Origin: a virus
Taxonomy: Duplodnaviria; Heunggongvirae; Uroviricota; Caudoviricetes
Virus record (IMG/VR): IMGVR_UViG_3300011947_000002
Coordinates: 1-64,000 of that record
Direction: 5' to 3' (one strand)
Length of the DNA: 64,000 nt
Position 1 is the first letter of the stretch. Each line of letters opens with the position of its first letter. Both the position numbers and the translations under genes were made by a program. Under the pieces are notes generated by a model. That model saw only the letters and a program-made list of their open reading frames with translations, did not search any database and was not told the DNA's origin. Shown in pieces: positions 1 to 9,641 of this stretch.

Positions 1-51
1 ATGGTGATGAAGGAATTGTTGAATTTACTATCATATATGTAGGATGAACAT

Positions 52-405
52 ATGAACCAATATGAAGAATTTATGTATAAGTTAGGCTTTAAGATTGCTA
101 AAGGTCGGCCGTATGCAAACTATTCTACGTTTGACGTTTTTACTGGCGATCCAACTTATATCATTAATTGTGTTAATTTAATCGATTATAATGATATCGG
201 TCGCTGTTTATTCCGTTTTAAATCTGCTGAATATTTCGATCGGTTTGTTGATGTTGAAGATTTATCAGAAGAATATGTTAAGAAAATGTTCATGGAATAT
301 GTTAAGCATATTCGACTTATGTATTCCAATCTTCAACAGCATGATAAATCGCTGATTGATGCATTTGAAGATAACTGTGAAATATATGATGGAGATGTTG
401 AATAA
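52..405 (+). CDS. hypothetical early protein (117 aa)
   Basis: Intact ORF with GGATGA RBS-like motif upstream. An upstream ORF tail ends at ~42. The stop overlaps the next start (ATGA). Confidence 0.5.
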   Translation: MNQYEEFMYKLGFKIAKGRPYANYSTFDVFTGDPTYIINCVNLIDYNDIGRCLFRFKSAEYFDRFVDVEDLSEEYVKKMFMEYVKHIRLMYSNLQQHDKSLIDAFEDNCEIYDGDVE

Positions 406-926
406 TGAGAAGTACACTTCGTCTTGATATGGAATGTGCAATAACATCACTTCCAAAAAATAAATTGATGGATGTTGAGGTGGCGGCCAATCTCCATAAT
501 AACTTTGTATCATTAGATTATTTCAGTGAAAATGGGTTGTATGCATTAAAACAATTGCTACCCGATGATAGCCTTGTAAAGTCTTTATTATCTGATCGAT
601 ATAACTGTGTATATTCCACTGAAATGCTTGGTACTCAATTCTTTCGGGCTGTTCCAGATATAATTTTGACGGATGATGTTGGAAAGTATTTCGATAAATT
701 TCCAGATAATCCACGGGTTAAAATGTTTCGCGAAATGGCTTGTGATGATGATTGGAATAAACCAGATTGGAATGATATGAAACCAAGTGCGATCCAGCGT
801 AGTTTCCTTGGTAGTGGATATATTTCTACTGTGTTTAATGGTCATGCTGACGTTTCTCACTTTGCTGTTCCATTAGATAATGGGGATCATCTAATTTGTT
901 ATTTTAATTGCTTCTACCACAAATAA
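405..926 (+). CDS. hypothetical protein (173 aa)
   Basis: Intact ORF, translationally coupled to the previous gene. Confidence 0.5.
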   Translation: MRSTLRLDMECAITSLPKNKLMDVEVAANLHNNFVSLDYFSENGLYALKQLLPDDSLVKSLLSDRYNCVYSTEMLGTQFFRAVPDIILTDDVGKYFDKFPDNPRVKMFREMACDDDWNKPDWNDMKPSAIQRSFLGSGYISTVFNGHADVSHFAVPLDNGDHLICYFNCFYHK

Positions 927-935
927 GAGGTTGAT

Positions 936-1241
936 ATGAAATACTTGATTTTTACAAAAACCGAAGAATCTAAAGAAGTGTTGGTGTCATCATGGGAAGC
1001 TGAATCTGGATTCCGTGAAGACACGATTACATATATATCTAGTTCAGATGTTCATTATGTACCAGATGTCGAAGATGTTAAAAGTATATATCGTGATTAC
1101 TATACTACAGGCAGCGATAACCAACATGCGCGATTCGGTAAAGAACTTGATCAATTCATCGAATCTGATGACATTGATGAAATTTGGAATATCGACGAAT
1201 ATAATCAATATATTACATTTAAGGTTGTCAAATTGGGATAA
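936..1241 (+). CDS. hypothetical acidic protein (101 aa)
   Basis: AAGAGG RBS 8 nt upstream of the ATG. Confidence 0.55.
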   Translation: MKYLIFTKTEESKEVLVSSWEAESGFREDTITYISSSDVHYVPDVEDVKSIYRDYYTTGSDNQHARFGKELDQFIESDDIDEIWNIDEYNQYITFKVVKLG

Positions 1242-1248
1242 ATCAAAT

Positions 1249-1479
1249 ATGATGATGGATGGGTTCGATCTTATTGGTAGTAGTAGAACTAATGCACGAT
1301 TAACGTTCAGCAAAGAAAACTTTACAATCACCTATTATTCAAAAGGTGAAGGGTATGGGGTTGTGGCTAATGTTACTGAAACAGGGCTGGTTGATGATAT
1401 GCCACAATTTGATTATCAATCATTTGATCGTTTGGAAAAGGCGGTGAAATATGTCAACGAAAAACTTAAAGTTGTTTAA
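1249..1479 (+). CDS. hypothetical protein (76 aa, start moved to first non-overlapping ATG)
   Basis: The long ORF 1015-1479 overlaps the previous gene out of frame. The in-frame ATG at 1249 follows the stop of 936-1241. Confidence 0.4.
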   Translation: MMMDGFDLIGSSRTNARLTFSKENFTITYYSKGEGYGVVANVTETGLVDDMPQFDYQSFDRLEKAVKYVNEKLKVV

Positions 1480-1702
1480 TTTAAACCAGTATGTTTATTT
1501 TATTCCAACCGAATATGGTCGTAATATTATGAACAAATACTTTAATTATCGAAATGGGAACCATAAAATCGATGAAGAAACTGGTTATCATTACCTACAA
1601 TTACATGAATTCATGTCTTGTTTTGGTGACGTTAGTTTTACGGGCGGTGATAATTTCGTAGAAGGTTCAAACATATACATTGACGAAAATTATTTGGATT
1701 AA
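1451..1702 (+). CDS. hypothetical protein (83 aa)
   Basis: AAGGCGGTGA SD upstream of the ATG. Overlaps the preceding gene by 29 nt. Confidence 0.45.
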   Translation: MSTKNLKLFNLNQYVYFIPTEYGRNIMNKYFNYRNGNHKIDEETGYHYLQLHEFMSCFGDVSFTGGDNFVEGSNIYIDENYLD

Positions 1703-1704
1703 AG

Positions 1705-2319
1705 ATGAAGCATTCGATCATTGAAGACTTGTTAAAAAATAAATTTGTTTTGCGTAAAACTACAGGTAGTAAGTTTGCAGTCCATTGTTTGGGTGCACAT
1801 ACCGATAAGTATCCTGTTATGATTGATGTATTAAATGATCGAATCTTTATGTATCGTGATCACGCATCATATTATAAATCATTTATGATGAAAGAATATA
1901 ACCTGAATCAGTTTATTAATAATTATTATGATTTACTAGAAATTGATGTTGATGTTGAAATGTTGGTGAGAAGCTTTTATTTCACCCCCATCACTATGCG
2001 ATTTATTCTTAAACATAGTAATCATACAAGTTTAATGAAGTGTCCTGAATACTCTAAAATACGGGAAGTAGTACGTAAATTAAAAGATGATTTTATGACC
2101 TATATTAAATCTATTGTCATAGAAGATACATTTATGAAGAATCCTGATATACCGCAAGAATTCAAATCATTTGTAAAAAACACACCAAATTGGCAATTTT
2201 TGTGCCAGATGCATACCCTGCCACTAGATATGAAGAAGGCGTACTTACAAGAACGCTTATTACGTAGATTTATACAGTTGCAGAAAACACAAGGTATCAC
2301 ATATGAATCAATTACATAA
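1705..2319 (+). CDS. hypothetical protein (204 aa)
   Basis: Intact ORF in the compact early operon. Confidence 0.55.
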   Translation: MKHSIIEDLLKNKFVLRKTTGSKFAVHCLGAHTDKYPVMIDVLNDRIFMYRDHASYYKSFMMKEYNLNQFINNYYDLLEIDVDVEMLVRSFYFTPITMRFILKHSNHTSLMKCPEYSKIREVVRKLKDDFMTYIKSIVIEDTFMKNPDIPQEFKSFVKNTPNWQFLCQMHTLPLDMKKAYLQERLLRRFIQLQKTQGITYESIT

Positions 2320-2902
2320 TACGGTTATTCGCTTATATGAAGAAGGTTTTGAAATCCAGAAGATTTCTGACACTAAATTTTATATTAAACATAAGGAATA
2401 TCCGCTTGCTAAAAAGAAAGTCATTGTTGAATATTTAGGGGATTCTAATTTCATAATGTATCAAGCTTTTGCGAAACGGTTTAGTAATTGGGAATTTAAC
2501 AACCATCCACATTATGTATTTTTACATCATTATAAAAAACGTATTGAATTTGATTCTGATCGAGTTAAAAAGATTATCAATATAAATGCTGCCAGATCAA
2601 CCATGAAGTTGTTTATCAAGCATCGCAATTTTAATTATGATGGTGGTTTTGCAATCAAGACTGAATCACATAAGGGTTTATACAATACTGCTATTAAGGA
2701 TATGGGTGTACTTTTAGAAAAATATCGGTTAAATCCAGACAAATTTATGAGGTCTAAGAATATACCAAATACCATCAAATATGTGTGTAAATCAACCGAT
2801 GGAGATTTTGATAAATTTGTTTATGGTGAAGGTTGGAATGCAAATACACATTACATACATCGTCTAGTGATGGATATTTTAAGTTATGGAGAAAGCTTAT
2901 GA
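2303..2902 (+). CDS. hypothetical protein (199 aa)
   Basis: Intact ORF. Confidence 0.5.
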   Translation: MNQLHNTVIRLYEEGFEIQKISDTKFYIKHKEYPLAKKKVIVEYLGDSNFIMYQAFAKRFSNWEFNNHPHYVFLHHYKKRIEFDSDRVKKIININAARSTMKLFIKHRNFNYDGGFAIKTESHKGLYNTAIKDMGVLLEKYRLNPDKFMRSKNIPNTIKYVCKSTDGDFDKFVYGEGWNANTHYIHRLVMDILSYGESL

Positions 2903-3711
2903 CCGGAAATAAAGAAACCAAATTTAAGTTTAAAAAAGGCAAAGAATACAATATTAATGTAGATGTTGTTATTTTAGACTCATGGGGTGATGAATGGGAA
3001 TGGAATAAGGTGTATACAGGCATACATCCTGAATATGGCTGTTATGAATTTATTGATGCTTATGGACATGAATCCAGTTTATTTGATGATGAAATTATAT
3101 CTTACAACGAACCTGTATCTGCTACCGAAATGTTCCAGATGCATACAAATTATATGAACTTCTATCGTAAAGGCCCATTTCAAGATTTACGATATGCGCA
3201 AGAATTGCGTCAGAAGATCGTTAATACCTTGAAAGAGCGTCGATATGTAATTCATGGCGCAGGAAAATTTGAACCTTTTGATTATAAGCTAATGTACGCT
3301 ATCAGAAACGATATTGATTCTGGCTTATATCAATTTGAAGTTGGTAGTACATATACACTTCAGAATGGCGAATCAATTACGATTATTGCTAGGGATAATT
3401 ATAGGGTTTTGGGTTCCGATAATATTTGGAGATATGATACGTGTAATGAACAATACAGGTTGAATTTACGTCATGGATTGTGTGTTAATACATCATGGGA
3501 ATTCCTTGATGGCCGTAATATAATCAATGCAGAACTTGGTAATCGGTTTGAATTGATTCAGGAATTTAAGGCTGAATATGGTTATAGTGATCCAGATATT
3601 AAATTAATTGGTAACACAACAAGAATTAATGAAGTATATGATGATTACTTTAAGTTTTTAAAAAGTAAAAAGCTTAAAAACGTAAATCCATATTTCGATC
3701 TTTATATTTGA
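2899..3711 (+). CDS. hypothetical protein (270 aa, start at MTGNKETKF)
   Basis: GGAGAAAGCTT-ATG RBS. The six-frame ORF extends upstream to 2833, but that ATG lies inside the previous gene. Confidence 0.5.
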   Translation: MTGNKETKFKFKKGKEYNINVDVVILDSWGDEWEWNKVYTGIHPEYGCYEFIDAYGHESSLFDDEIISYNEPVSATEMFQMHTNYMNFYRKGPFQDLRYAQELRQKIVNTLKERRYVIHGAGKFEPFDYKLMYAIRNDIDSGLYQFEVGSTYTLQNGESITIIARDNYRVLGSDNIWRYDTCNEQYRLNLRHGLCVNTSWEFLDGRNIINAELGNRFELIQEFKAEYGYSDPDIKLIGNTTRINEVYDDYFKFLKSKKLKNVNPYFDLYI

Positions 3712-3717
3712 TCATAT

Positions 3718-3746
3718 TTGCATATTTCTTAATCTGTGTGTACAAT
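3718..3746 (+). promoter_or_regulatory. sigma70-like promoter TTGCAT-17-TACAAT
   Basis: -35 TTGCAT 3718-3723, 17-nt spacer, -10 TACAAT 3741-3746, ahead of the 3791 gene. Confidence 0.45.
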
Positions 3747-3790
3747 AACCTTATTGAGAAATATGCAGGTATTCTAAAAGGTGATTTAAT

Positions 3791-4114
3791 ATGTTTAGTA
3801 AGTTATTTGCTGCTTCTGAACCATTAGTAATCCACATCACTAATAATTTCACGCCTAAAGTGTTTGGGATGATTAGTTATGCTTGTGATCATGGGGGTTG
3901 GATCAAGTTTGATATTCTTGAATATAACGATGATGAAATGTCAGAATTTCTATTGTTGTCTTCTGTTACTGGTTATATCAAAGTCGATTTCAAAAAAGAT
4001 CGATATCGCATCACGCCAAAAGGCAAAGAATTCGTTGAACTGATCCGAATGTTGCGTGGTATGTCGGATGCATCAATCGATAATTTCGTAAAGCTAATAA
4101 AATCTGGAAAATGA
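3791..4114 (+). CDS. hypothetical protein (107 aa)
   Basis: AAAGGTGA SD 7 nt upstream. Confidence 0.55.
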   Translation: MFSKLFAASEPLVIHITNNFTPKVFGMISYACDHGGWIKFDILEYNDDEMSEFLLLSSVTGYIKVDFKKDRYRITPKGKEFVELIRMLRGMSDASIDNFVKLIKSGK

Positions 4115-4115
4115 T

Positions 4116-4790
4116 ATGTCAAACATTACAACATTAGTTTTATCATCACTTCGAAATTGTATGTGTAAGGCCGCTTTAATAAAATACAATCCAGATATTC
4201 ATCCAATAATATTTTTGATTAATTTGCAATTGGAATTGAAGCGTATCAATATGAATTATCTACCATTTGATGAATTGGTTAGTGTTTTGTATTGTGATGA
4301 TATTAATGATTTCTGGCATGTAATAGCGAAAGGGGGAAGAAATTTAGTCACTTTACCATTAGGATATGATGGAACCAGTCACACCCTAATGTTTGTTAAT
4401 ACTATGATGCCAACTGGTAATATTAACATAATTGATTTGCGTGATTGCAAGATGCCTGAATTCACTTGTTATACCAAGAATGGAAAGGCATGTATTCGTG
4501 TGGATGAAATCGATCTGATTGATGATAAAACAGATGCCGATATTTTAACCAGCTATCACAGATCATTATTTGAAAAATACAAACAAGAGCGTGAAACAGC
4601 TATAAAGTCAAAAAATCGAAATGATTATTCAAAGGTACAATTGTCAATTCGAAAAGAATATTATGAAAAATTGGATGTTGTGAAAGAAATTCCAGATGGT
4701 GTTGAATTCACTATTAATGAAGATAAATTTATTAAAGGTATCCCTGTAACTGAACGAATGTTAGTTGATACATTCTGGTTTCCAGAGTAA
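4116..4790 (+). CDS. hypothetical protein (224 aa)
   Basis: Intact ORF immediately after the previous stop. Confidence 0.55.
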   Translation: MSNITTLVLSSLRNCMCKAALIKYNPDIHPIIFLINLQLELKRINMNYLPFDELVSVLYCDDINDFWHVIAKGGRNLVTLPLGYDGTSHTLMFVNTMMPTGNINIIDLRDCKMPEFTCYTKNGKACIRVDEIDLIDDKTDADILTSYHRSLFEKYKQERETAIKSKNRNDYSKVQLSIRKEYYEKLDVVKEIPDGVEFTINEDKFIKGIPVTERMLVDTFWFPE

Positions 4791-4802
4791 AGGAAAATAA
4801 AA

Positions 4803-4952
4803 ATGCAAATTGAACAGAACTATGTTGATGAACGTAAACGCCAGCGTGATAAGCGTTTAAATAATCAGAAGTCATCAAAATACGATTATGAAGATGCTTT
4901 ATACGATAATCAGATTGCGAATAATCGCAAAAAGAAAAAGCAGCAGAAATAA
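4803..4952 (+). CDS. small highly basic protein (49 aa, MQIEQNYVDERKRQRDKRLNNQK...)
   Basis: Not in the supplied track (<60 aa). AAGGAAAATAAAA-ATG RBS. Followed by a terminator at 5010-5038. Confidence 0.35.
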   Translation: MQIEQNYVDERKRQRDKRLNNQKSSKYDYEDALYDNQIANNRKKKKQQK

Positions 4953-5009
4953 TCCTGAAAAGATGGATTGTGATTTAATTAAAGAAGACAAATAAACATT
5001 TTCAAAACA

Positions 5010-5038
5010 AAGGGAACCTTCAGGTTCCCTTTTCTTAT
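5010..5038 (+). terminator. rho-independent terminator
   Basis: GGGAACC-TTCA-GGTTCCC hairpin followed by TTTTCTTATTT. Confidence 0.7.
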
Positions 5039-5124
5039 TTGTACACACACGATATATCTTTACCAAATATGAACATAAATATAAAATCATCCAGTGCAAA
5101 TAAGATTTGGGATAATTGATTAAA

Positions 5125-7047
5125 ATGAGATTTTACACGTCCGTAAACAGACAAGGTTCTGTGATTTGTCATCGCTATATTGAAGATGGCAAACGACATT
5201 CTGAAATCATTAAAACTTATAATTATGACCTGTTTATTAAATCTGAATATTCAAAAGATAGTTATAACATCCATAAGGAACCATTAAAACAATATACATT
5301 TGATGATATTAATTCAATGGCTGAATTTGTTAAATCAAATGGTAAACATAATGTTTATGGAAATGTTGATCCTGTAGCACAGTTTATTGCTAAAGAATAT
5401 CCAAAACCAATGGCGCTGACTAACCATTATGTCACGTTGAATTTCGATATTGAGGTCGTCCACGGCGGCGGCAAGATCAAATATAAAGATTACCATGAAA
5501 TTAAAGTTCTTCTAAACGACGAAGAAAAATTGATGTCTTTATTCGAATATCGAAAGATTGACTTGAATACGAATACAGCATTGGTGTGGGATATCGAAAA
5601 AGAACAATATATAGATTTTGAAGATTCATGTTTCGCGCCATTATCATTGGGTTTCCCTGATCCAAATCTGGCCTTATATGAGGTCATGACTATCTCTGTG
5701 ATTTCTTCAGTTGAAGATAAAATCTATGTGTTTGGTACAAAGCAGTTTTCAGGTGAACGTACTATTCCAGATAGCAAATATTCAATCGTACACGTCGAGT
5801 GTGGTGGTGAAAAAGAATTATTAATTAGATTCATCCAAAAGTGGCGGGAAATCAATCCAGATATCGTGACTGGTTATAATGTATTAGGGTTCGATATTCC
5901 CTACCTAGTAAACCGTATCGTTCGGGTACTGGGTAAAAAGTTCACAAATAAACTTAGTCCTTTTTCAGCATCAGTTCAAAATTGTATTAGAGAGCGTCAA
6001 ACTGATAATGGTGTGGTTTATCAGATTCTAGGCATTACAGTTTTCGATTATCTTGATCTCTATAAAAAGTTTTCACGCACCAATCAGGAAAGCTATAAAC
6101 TTGATTATATTGGTGAGGTTGAAGTAGGTCATAATAAGGTAAGCTTTGATGAATATGATAATTCCCTGATGAAATTATGGGAATATGATTATAATAAATT
6201 TATTCTATATAACGCTATCGATACCCTGATTGTTAATAAACTGGATGATAAACTCAAGTTTATTAGTTTGGCTATCACAATTGCGCATCTAACTAAATCA
6301 GATTTAAATGAAGCTACTGGTACAGTAAAGATTTGGGATAATCTGATCTATAACTTACTACTTCATAAAAACATTCAAATTCCGCCAAATATCAAGCATG
6401 ATGGCGAAGTTGATATTATTGGGGCATATGTTAAAGAACCACTATACGGCCGTCATGGTTGGGTATTAACAAGTGATGCTACATCACTATATCCTATGAT
6501 CATCCGTATGTTTAACATGAGTCCAGAAACATTGGTGCATCGTGAAGTTGGTAACTCAATTTCAACTAAAGATAAGCGAATTATCGAAGTGTTAGAAGAT
6601 AATCTATCGTATGTCGATGGGATGATTCGTCTTCAGCCAGATTTTGGAGATAGTGAAGATATATCTAGTTTTGATATATATGATGAAGATTTTGATGTTG
6701 AAAAATTAGATATGCTATCCAAGCGTGGATTGATGAATCTGAAGACCAAGATCACTAAAGAAATTGATTATATCGCATCAGGCCATGAATATATTAAGGG
6801 TGTAGATAACGTTCTGGATAATATCGATTTGATGATTGATATGAAGAATGATTTATCATTCGCTAAAGAATTAAATGTTACTGTGGCTGGTAATGGTTCC
6901 ACCTATGATAAATCTGAAATTGGGGTGATTCCTGAAGGTATGACGTTCTTATTCAATTATCGGAAGCAGTTGAAAACAGAAATGAATGAAAAGAAACGGC
7001 TTCTACAGATTAAAATTGCTGAACTAGCTGAATTAGAAACGGCGTGA
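5125..7047 (+). CDS. 43: family-B DNA polymerase, N-terminal fragment (T4 gp43-like 3'-5' exonuclease domain + polymerase motif A only)
   Basis: The N-terminus aligns with T4 gp43 (FYTSVNRQGSVICHRYIEDGKRHSE vs FYISIETVGNNIVERYIDENGKERT). Exo I FDIE at ~5443-5454, Exo II YNVLGFDIPYL, shared LDYLDLYKKF, Exo III YNAIDT, and motif A SDATSLYPMII (~6466-6504) are present. The ORF ends ~15 aa after the FNYRKQ segment (T4 FNQRKEHK). Motifs B (KxxxNSxYG) and C (YGDTDS) are absent. True start is ATG 5125, because the supplied ORF began at TTG 5116. Confidence 0.85.
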   Translation: MRFYTSVNRQGSVICHRYIEDGKRHSEIIKTYNYDLFIKSEYSKDSYNIHKEPLKQYTFDDINSMAEFVKSNGKHNVYGNVDPVAQFIAKEYPKPMALTNHYVTLNFDIEVVHGGGKIKYKDYHEIKVLLNDEEKLMSLFEYRKIDLNTNTALVWDIEKEQYIDFEDSCFAPLSLGFPDPNLALYEVMTISVISSVEDKIYVFGTKQFSGERTIPDSKYSIVHVECGGEKELLIRFIQKWREINPDIVTGYNVLGFDIPYLVNRIVRVLGKKFTNKLSPFSASVQNCIRERQTDNGVVYQILGITVFDYLDLYKKFSRTNQESYKLDYIGEVEVGHNKVSFDEYDNSLMKLWEYDYNKFILYNAIDTLIVNKLDDKLKFISLAITIAHLTKSDLNEATGTVKIWDNLIYNLLLHKNIQIPPNIKHDGEVDIIGAYVKEPLYGRHGWVLTSDATSLYPMIIRMFNMSPETLVHREVGNSISTKDKRIIEVLEDNLSYVDGMIRLQPDFGDSEDISSFDIYDEDFDVEKLDMLSKRGLMNLKTKITKEIDYIASGHEYIKGVDNVLDNIDLMIDMKNDLSFAKELNVTVAGNGSTYDKSEIGVIPEGMTFLFNYRKQLKTEMNEKKRLLQIKIAELAELETA

Positions 7048-7050
7048 TGA

Positions 7051-7090
7051 AAAGGGGGATTGCAAATATAAATATTCAATCCCCTTTACA
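7051..7090 (+). terminator. rho-independent terminator directly after the truncated polymerase gene
   Basis: AAAGGGGGATTG ... CAATCCCCTTT inverted repeat with a 14-nt loop. Confidence 0.6.
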
Positions 7091-7093
7091 TAT

Positions 7094-7122
7094 TTGATCA
7101 AATTGTATAGTATAGATAATAT
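7094..7122 (+). promoter_or_regulatory. sigma70-like promoter TTGATC-17-TAATAT
   Basis: -35 7094-7099, -10 7117-7122, upstream of the 7144 gene (SD GGAG). Confidence 0.45.
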
Positions 7123-7143
7123 ATAAAACTGTGGAGTTCGGGA

Positions 7144-7338
7144 ATGATAGAAGAATATTTAAATCGAAATGTCAAAAGTGATGCTACCCATAAGGGTACA
7201 TGTGAACCATTTGAGTTTGCGGCTTGGTTGATATTACCCAATTGTAAAGATAAATATGTTTGGCTTTCTGGTGAATGGGTTAAAAGCGAAATCAATGATC
7301 CGATAAAGGTGTTTAAGCTAACATCTATTAAAAAATGA
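7144..7338 (+). CDS. hypothetical protein (64 aa)
   Basis: GGAGTTCGGGA-ATG RBS. Confidence 0.45.
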   Translation: MIEEYLNRNVKSDATHKGTCEPFEFAAWLILPNCKDKYVWLSGEWVKSEINDPIKVFKLTSIKK

Positions 7339-7344
7339 ACGGGG

Positions 7345-7593
7345 TTGTTAATGTCTATGCAAGAATATGATGATTTTTTTAAAGAACATCAAGTTCGATT
7401 AAAGCTTGGGCGTAAACGAATTCTTACCCCAACTGTTAAATTTGCACATGATACATTTCTTGAATATATCAAGAATAATGATATGACTTCCATCACTGGT
7501 GAACTTGTGGTTGGAAATGAGGTTATTGCTATTTTCTCTGAAGATGGTCGGTTATGGTCTTCGGATGAAGAAGAAATTGTTTTGGATTTTTGA
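7345..7593 (+). CDS. hypothetical protein (82 aa)
   Basis: Intact ORF. The overlapping alternative-frame ORF 7499-7693 is rejected. Confidence 0.5.
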   Translation: MLMSMQEYDDFFKEHQVRLKLGRKRILTPTVKFAHDTFLEYIKNNDMTSITGELVVGNEVIAIFSEDGRLWSSDEEEIVLDF

Positions 7594-7602
7594 GGTATTT
7601 AT

Positions 7603-8076
7603 ATGGCTACTGCAATTATTACGATTGGTGCTGTTCTTAGTGGAAAAACCACATTTGCAGAAAATTTACAAGAAAAGGATGATTCTTTTGTAGTCATTTC
7701 GCGCGATGATATTCGTTATAGCCTATTTCCTAATGCTACTAATGATTATAAGTTTACGCCTGATGATGAACAAACAATTACTTCTAGACAGTATGATATG
7801 ATTCGTGAGTGTCACCAGTCGAATAAAAACGTAATTATTCCAAATTCTAATCTTAGAATGGGTCACTTAAAACGGTTTATTCGTATTCTTGAAAATTACA
7901 AGTATGATATCAAAATCAAACTGTGTGAAGAACCAAAGTCTGTGATTTATCGCAAACGTGATTTACTTGGAATTAAAATCACTAATGAACATATTGAACG
8001 CCAGATTTCATTATATAATGAAGTTAAGCAAAAAGTATTAACTGATGATCGTTATAAAAAGTATTTGATACATTGA
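7603..8076 (+). CDS. P-loop polynucleotide 5'-kinase-like protein (T4 Pnk kinase domain only, 157 aa)
   Basis: IITIGAVLSGKTTFAE...ISRDDIRYSLF matches T4 Pnk ILTIGCPGSGKSTWAREF...NINRDDYRQSI. There is no phosphatase domain. Confidence 0.6.
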   Translation: MATAIITIGAVLSGKTTFAENLQEKDDSFVVISRDDIRYSLFPNATNDYKFTPDDEQTITSRQYDMIRECHQSNKNVIIPNSNLRMGHLKRFIRILENYKYDIKIKLCEEPKSVIYRKRDLLGIKITNEHIERQISLYNEVKQKVLTDDRYKKYLIH

Positions 8077-8339
8077 TATAACCATTCACAATCTGATTTT
8101 AAATGATGTGTCATCTCGACTGTTTTAATCATATTTCCATTTATTGATACAATTGCAGATAACTCATTTAGTTCAAATTTTAAATCATTGTATGTATATG
8201 TATGCCGTTCATTGATATATCCGTGATAGGTAAAAGGAATATCGTATTGTTGGAAAAAGTTTATTTCGAATTTCTGATGATTAAAACCAAAACAATCATC
8301 AAAAAAATCAGTAATGAATTTTATCATGAATTTTAGCAA
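8052..8339 (-). CDS. hypothetical protein (95 aa), antisense island in the + operon
   Basis: Intact ORF, convergent 25-nt overlap with the kinase gene. No clear RBS. Confidence 0.3.
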   Translation of the reverse strand: MLKFMIKFITDFFDDCFGFNHQKFEINFFQQYDIPFTYHGYINERHTYTYNDLKFELNELSAIVSINGNMIKTVEMTHHLKSDCEWLYQCIKYFL

Positions 8340-8382
8340 ATGCCTTTATTACATATATTTACTTTATTAGAGAGAAAGGAAA

Positions 8383-9021
8383 ATGGCAATGATTGATTTG
8401 TGGGATTTCGATTTCCCAAAAAAGGAAAATAAATCCATATCTCATGATCCTGTTGTTGATGAATATACAGCAGAATTGGTTAAGATTGCTGATGAACGCA
8501 ACTATTCAACTAATTATGTTGATGCTTTAAGTAAGTTAAATGCACAACAAATTAAATTGGATCGAAGTAAGAATGAGAGGGAAAATCGCATATTAGAGAT
8601 TAGTGATTTCTTGGATAAATCATTACCACACCTTAATATGTATATTTCTTCTTTTAAAAATAAAAATTCTGATACTTACTTTGCTATATCTAAAAAATTC
8701 TTAGAACAGTATTATCCATATGATTATATTGACGATAAAGATTTAACTTATATTTTAAATCGATATGGTATATATAATTATATGGCGATTATAAATGGCA
8801 ACTTTGGTGCTGGACTGATACTTTTATCTATGGTCTTATTCGCATCTATACCAGCATATACATATTATAAGGTTTGGCTTGCTAATGGAGCAGATTTTTT
8901 ATTTGGTATGATCATGGCATCCTGTATTGGTTCCATATTGGCCGTTTTATTGTTGATGTATGTTATAGAAAAAATATTATTTTTTATACAGAAGATATAT
9001 TTCTTAATTAAGAATAAGTGA
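8383..9021 (+). CDS. membrane protein (212 aa; C-terminal TM helices)
   Basis: AGAGAGAAAGGAAA-ATG RBS. Hydrophobic stretches GLILLSMVLFASIPAYTYY and IGSILAVLLLMYVI. Confidence 0.55.
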   Translation: MAMIDLWDFDFPKKENKSISHDPVVDEYTAELVKIADERNYSTNYVDALSKLNAQQIKLDRSKNERENRILEISDFLDKSLPHLNMYISSFKNKNSDTYFAISKKFLEQYYPYDYIDDKDLTYILNRYGIYNYMAIINGNFGAGLILLSMVLFASIPAYTYYKVWLANGADFLFGMIMASCIGSILAVLLLMYVIEKILFFIQKIYFLIKNK

Positions 9022-9105
9022 TGGTAATATATTCAATATAATTTGATTATATTTGTAAATATGTTACTATACGCTCAATCTTACAAATGATTAGGTTGTA
9101 AATAA

Positions 9106-9570
9106 ATGAATGATGGTTCAGTAGAAATTTTTGAGTTGATTAATTTATATTTACCCAAAGAATATGAATTGAATCTTGCATATGATAACGGGATAATTAA
9201 AGAGTGGCATTCAGAAAATCATGAATTTAAAATGACACGTGATATTTATAATAATTATTCTTTAGTAAATAAAAAGCGTATAGTAAGTTTTACGGCAGAA
9301 TTAATTATTGGAACAGACTGTCAGCATGAAATTATTATTTCAATGTTAACAGATATTTGTATTGATGTGCTGGCTTTGAATTTGGTTGATATCAAGCTAT
9401 ATAATCAACATCCTATTTATATTCTTAATAAGCGAAAAAGCTATGGCGGAATTACCGCATTAGAATATACACATAGCAAAGATATGATTCTTAATAATCA
9501 TCCTAATTTAATGCATTGCTTAGGTTTGGCCTATGAGAATCAGGTGAAAAAATTGTGTATAAGAGTATAG
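9106..9570 (+). CDS. hypothetical protein (154 aa)
   Basis: Intact ORF. Confidence 0.5.
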   Translation: MNDGSVEIFELINLYLPKEYELNLAYDNGIIKEWHSENHEFKMTRDIYNNYSLVNKKRIVSFTAELIIGTDCQHEIIISMLTDICIDVLALNLVDIKLYNQHPIYILNKRKSYGGITALEYTHSKDMILNNHPNLMHCLGLAYENQVKKLCIRV

Positions 9571-9641
9571 ATAAAATATTAATGTTATTGTTTATGATGA
9601 TGGGTGCGATCATTATATACTATATAAAAAATCATTGATTT

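Noticed and set aside
265-513. Minus-strand ORF (82 aa) antisense to the first two genes
   Set aside because: Entirely overlaps well-supported + strand genes, has low-complexity hydrophobic/aromatic composition and no RBS. A typical AT-rich antisense artefact. The same reasoning applies to 523-714, 588-860, 1044-1331, 2100-2300, 2775-3023, 4899-5099, 5490-5687, 7098-7295, 9704-9895, 9953-10156, 10548-10751, 18165-18392, 18612-18866, 21016-21234, 21555-21833, 24810-25022, 26036-26236, 26819-27022, 28241-28576, 29775-29969, 32556-32738, 32750-32941, 48591-48809, 50576-50782, 53323-53514, 54467-54652, 57485-57751, 58696-58905, 60945-61268, 61177-61407, 63548-63751 and 63616-63867.
1015-1479. Long version of the ORF starting at 1015
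   Set aside because: Its first 78 codons overlap gene 936-1241 in another frame. Trimmed to the ATG at 1249.
7048-7603. Group I intron / homing-endonuclease interruption of the DNA polymerase gene
   Set aside because: No downstream exon is present. The next ORFs (7144, 7345, 7603) are unrelated (small proteins, kinase), and no polymerase motifs B/C occur in any frame nearby.
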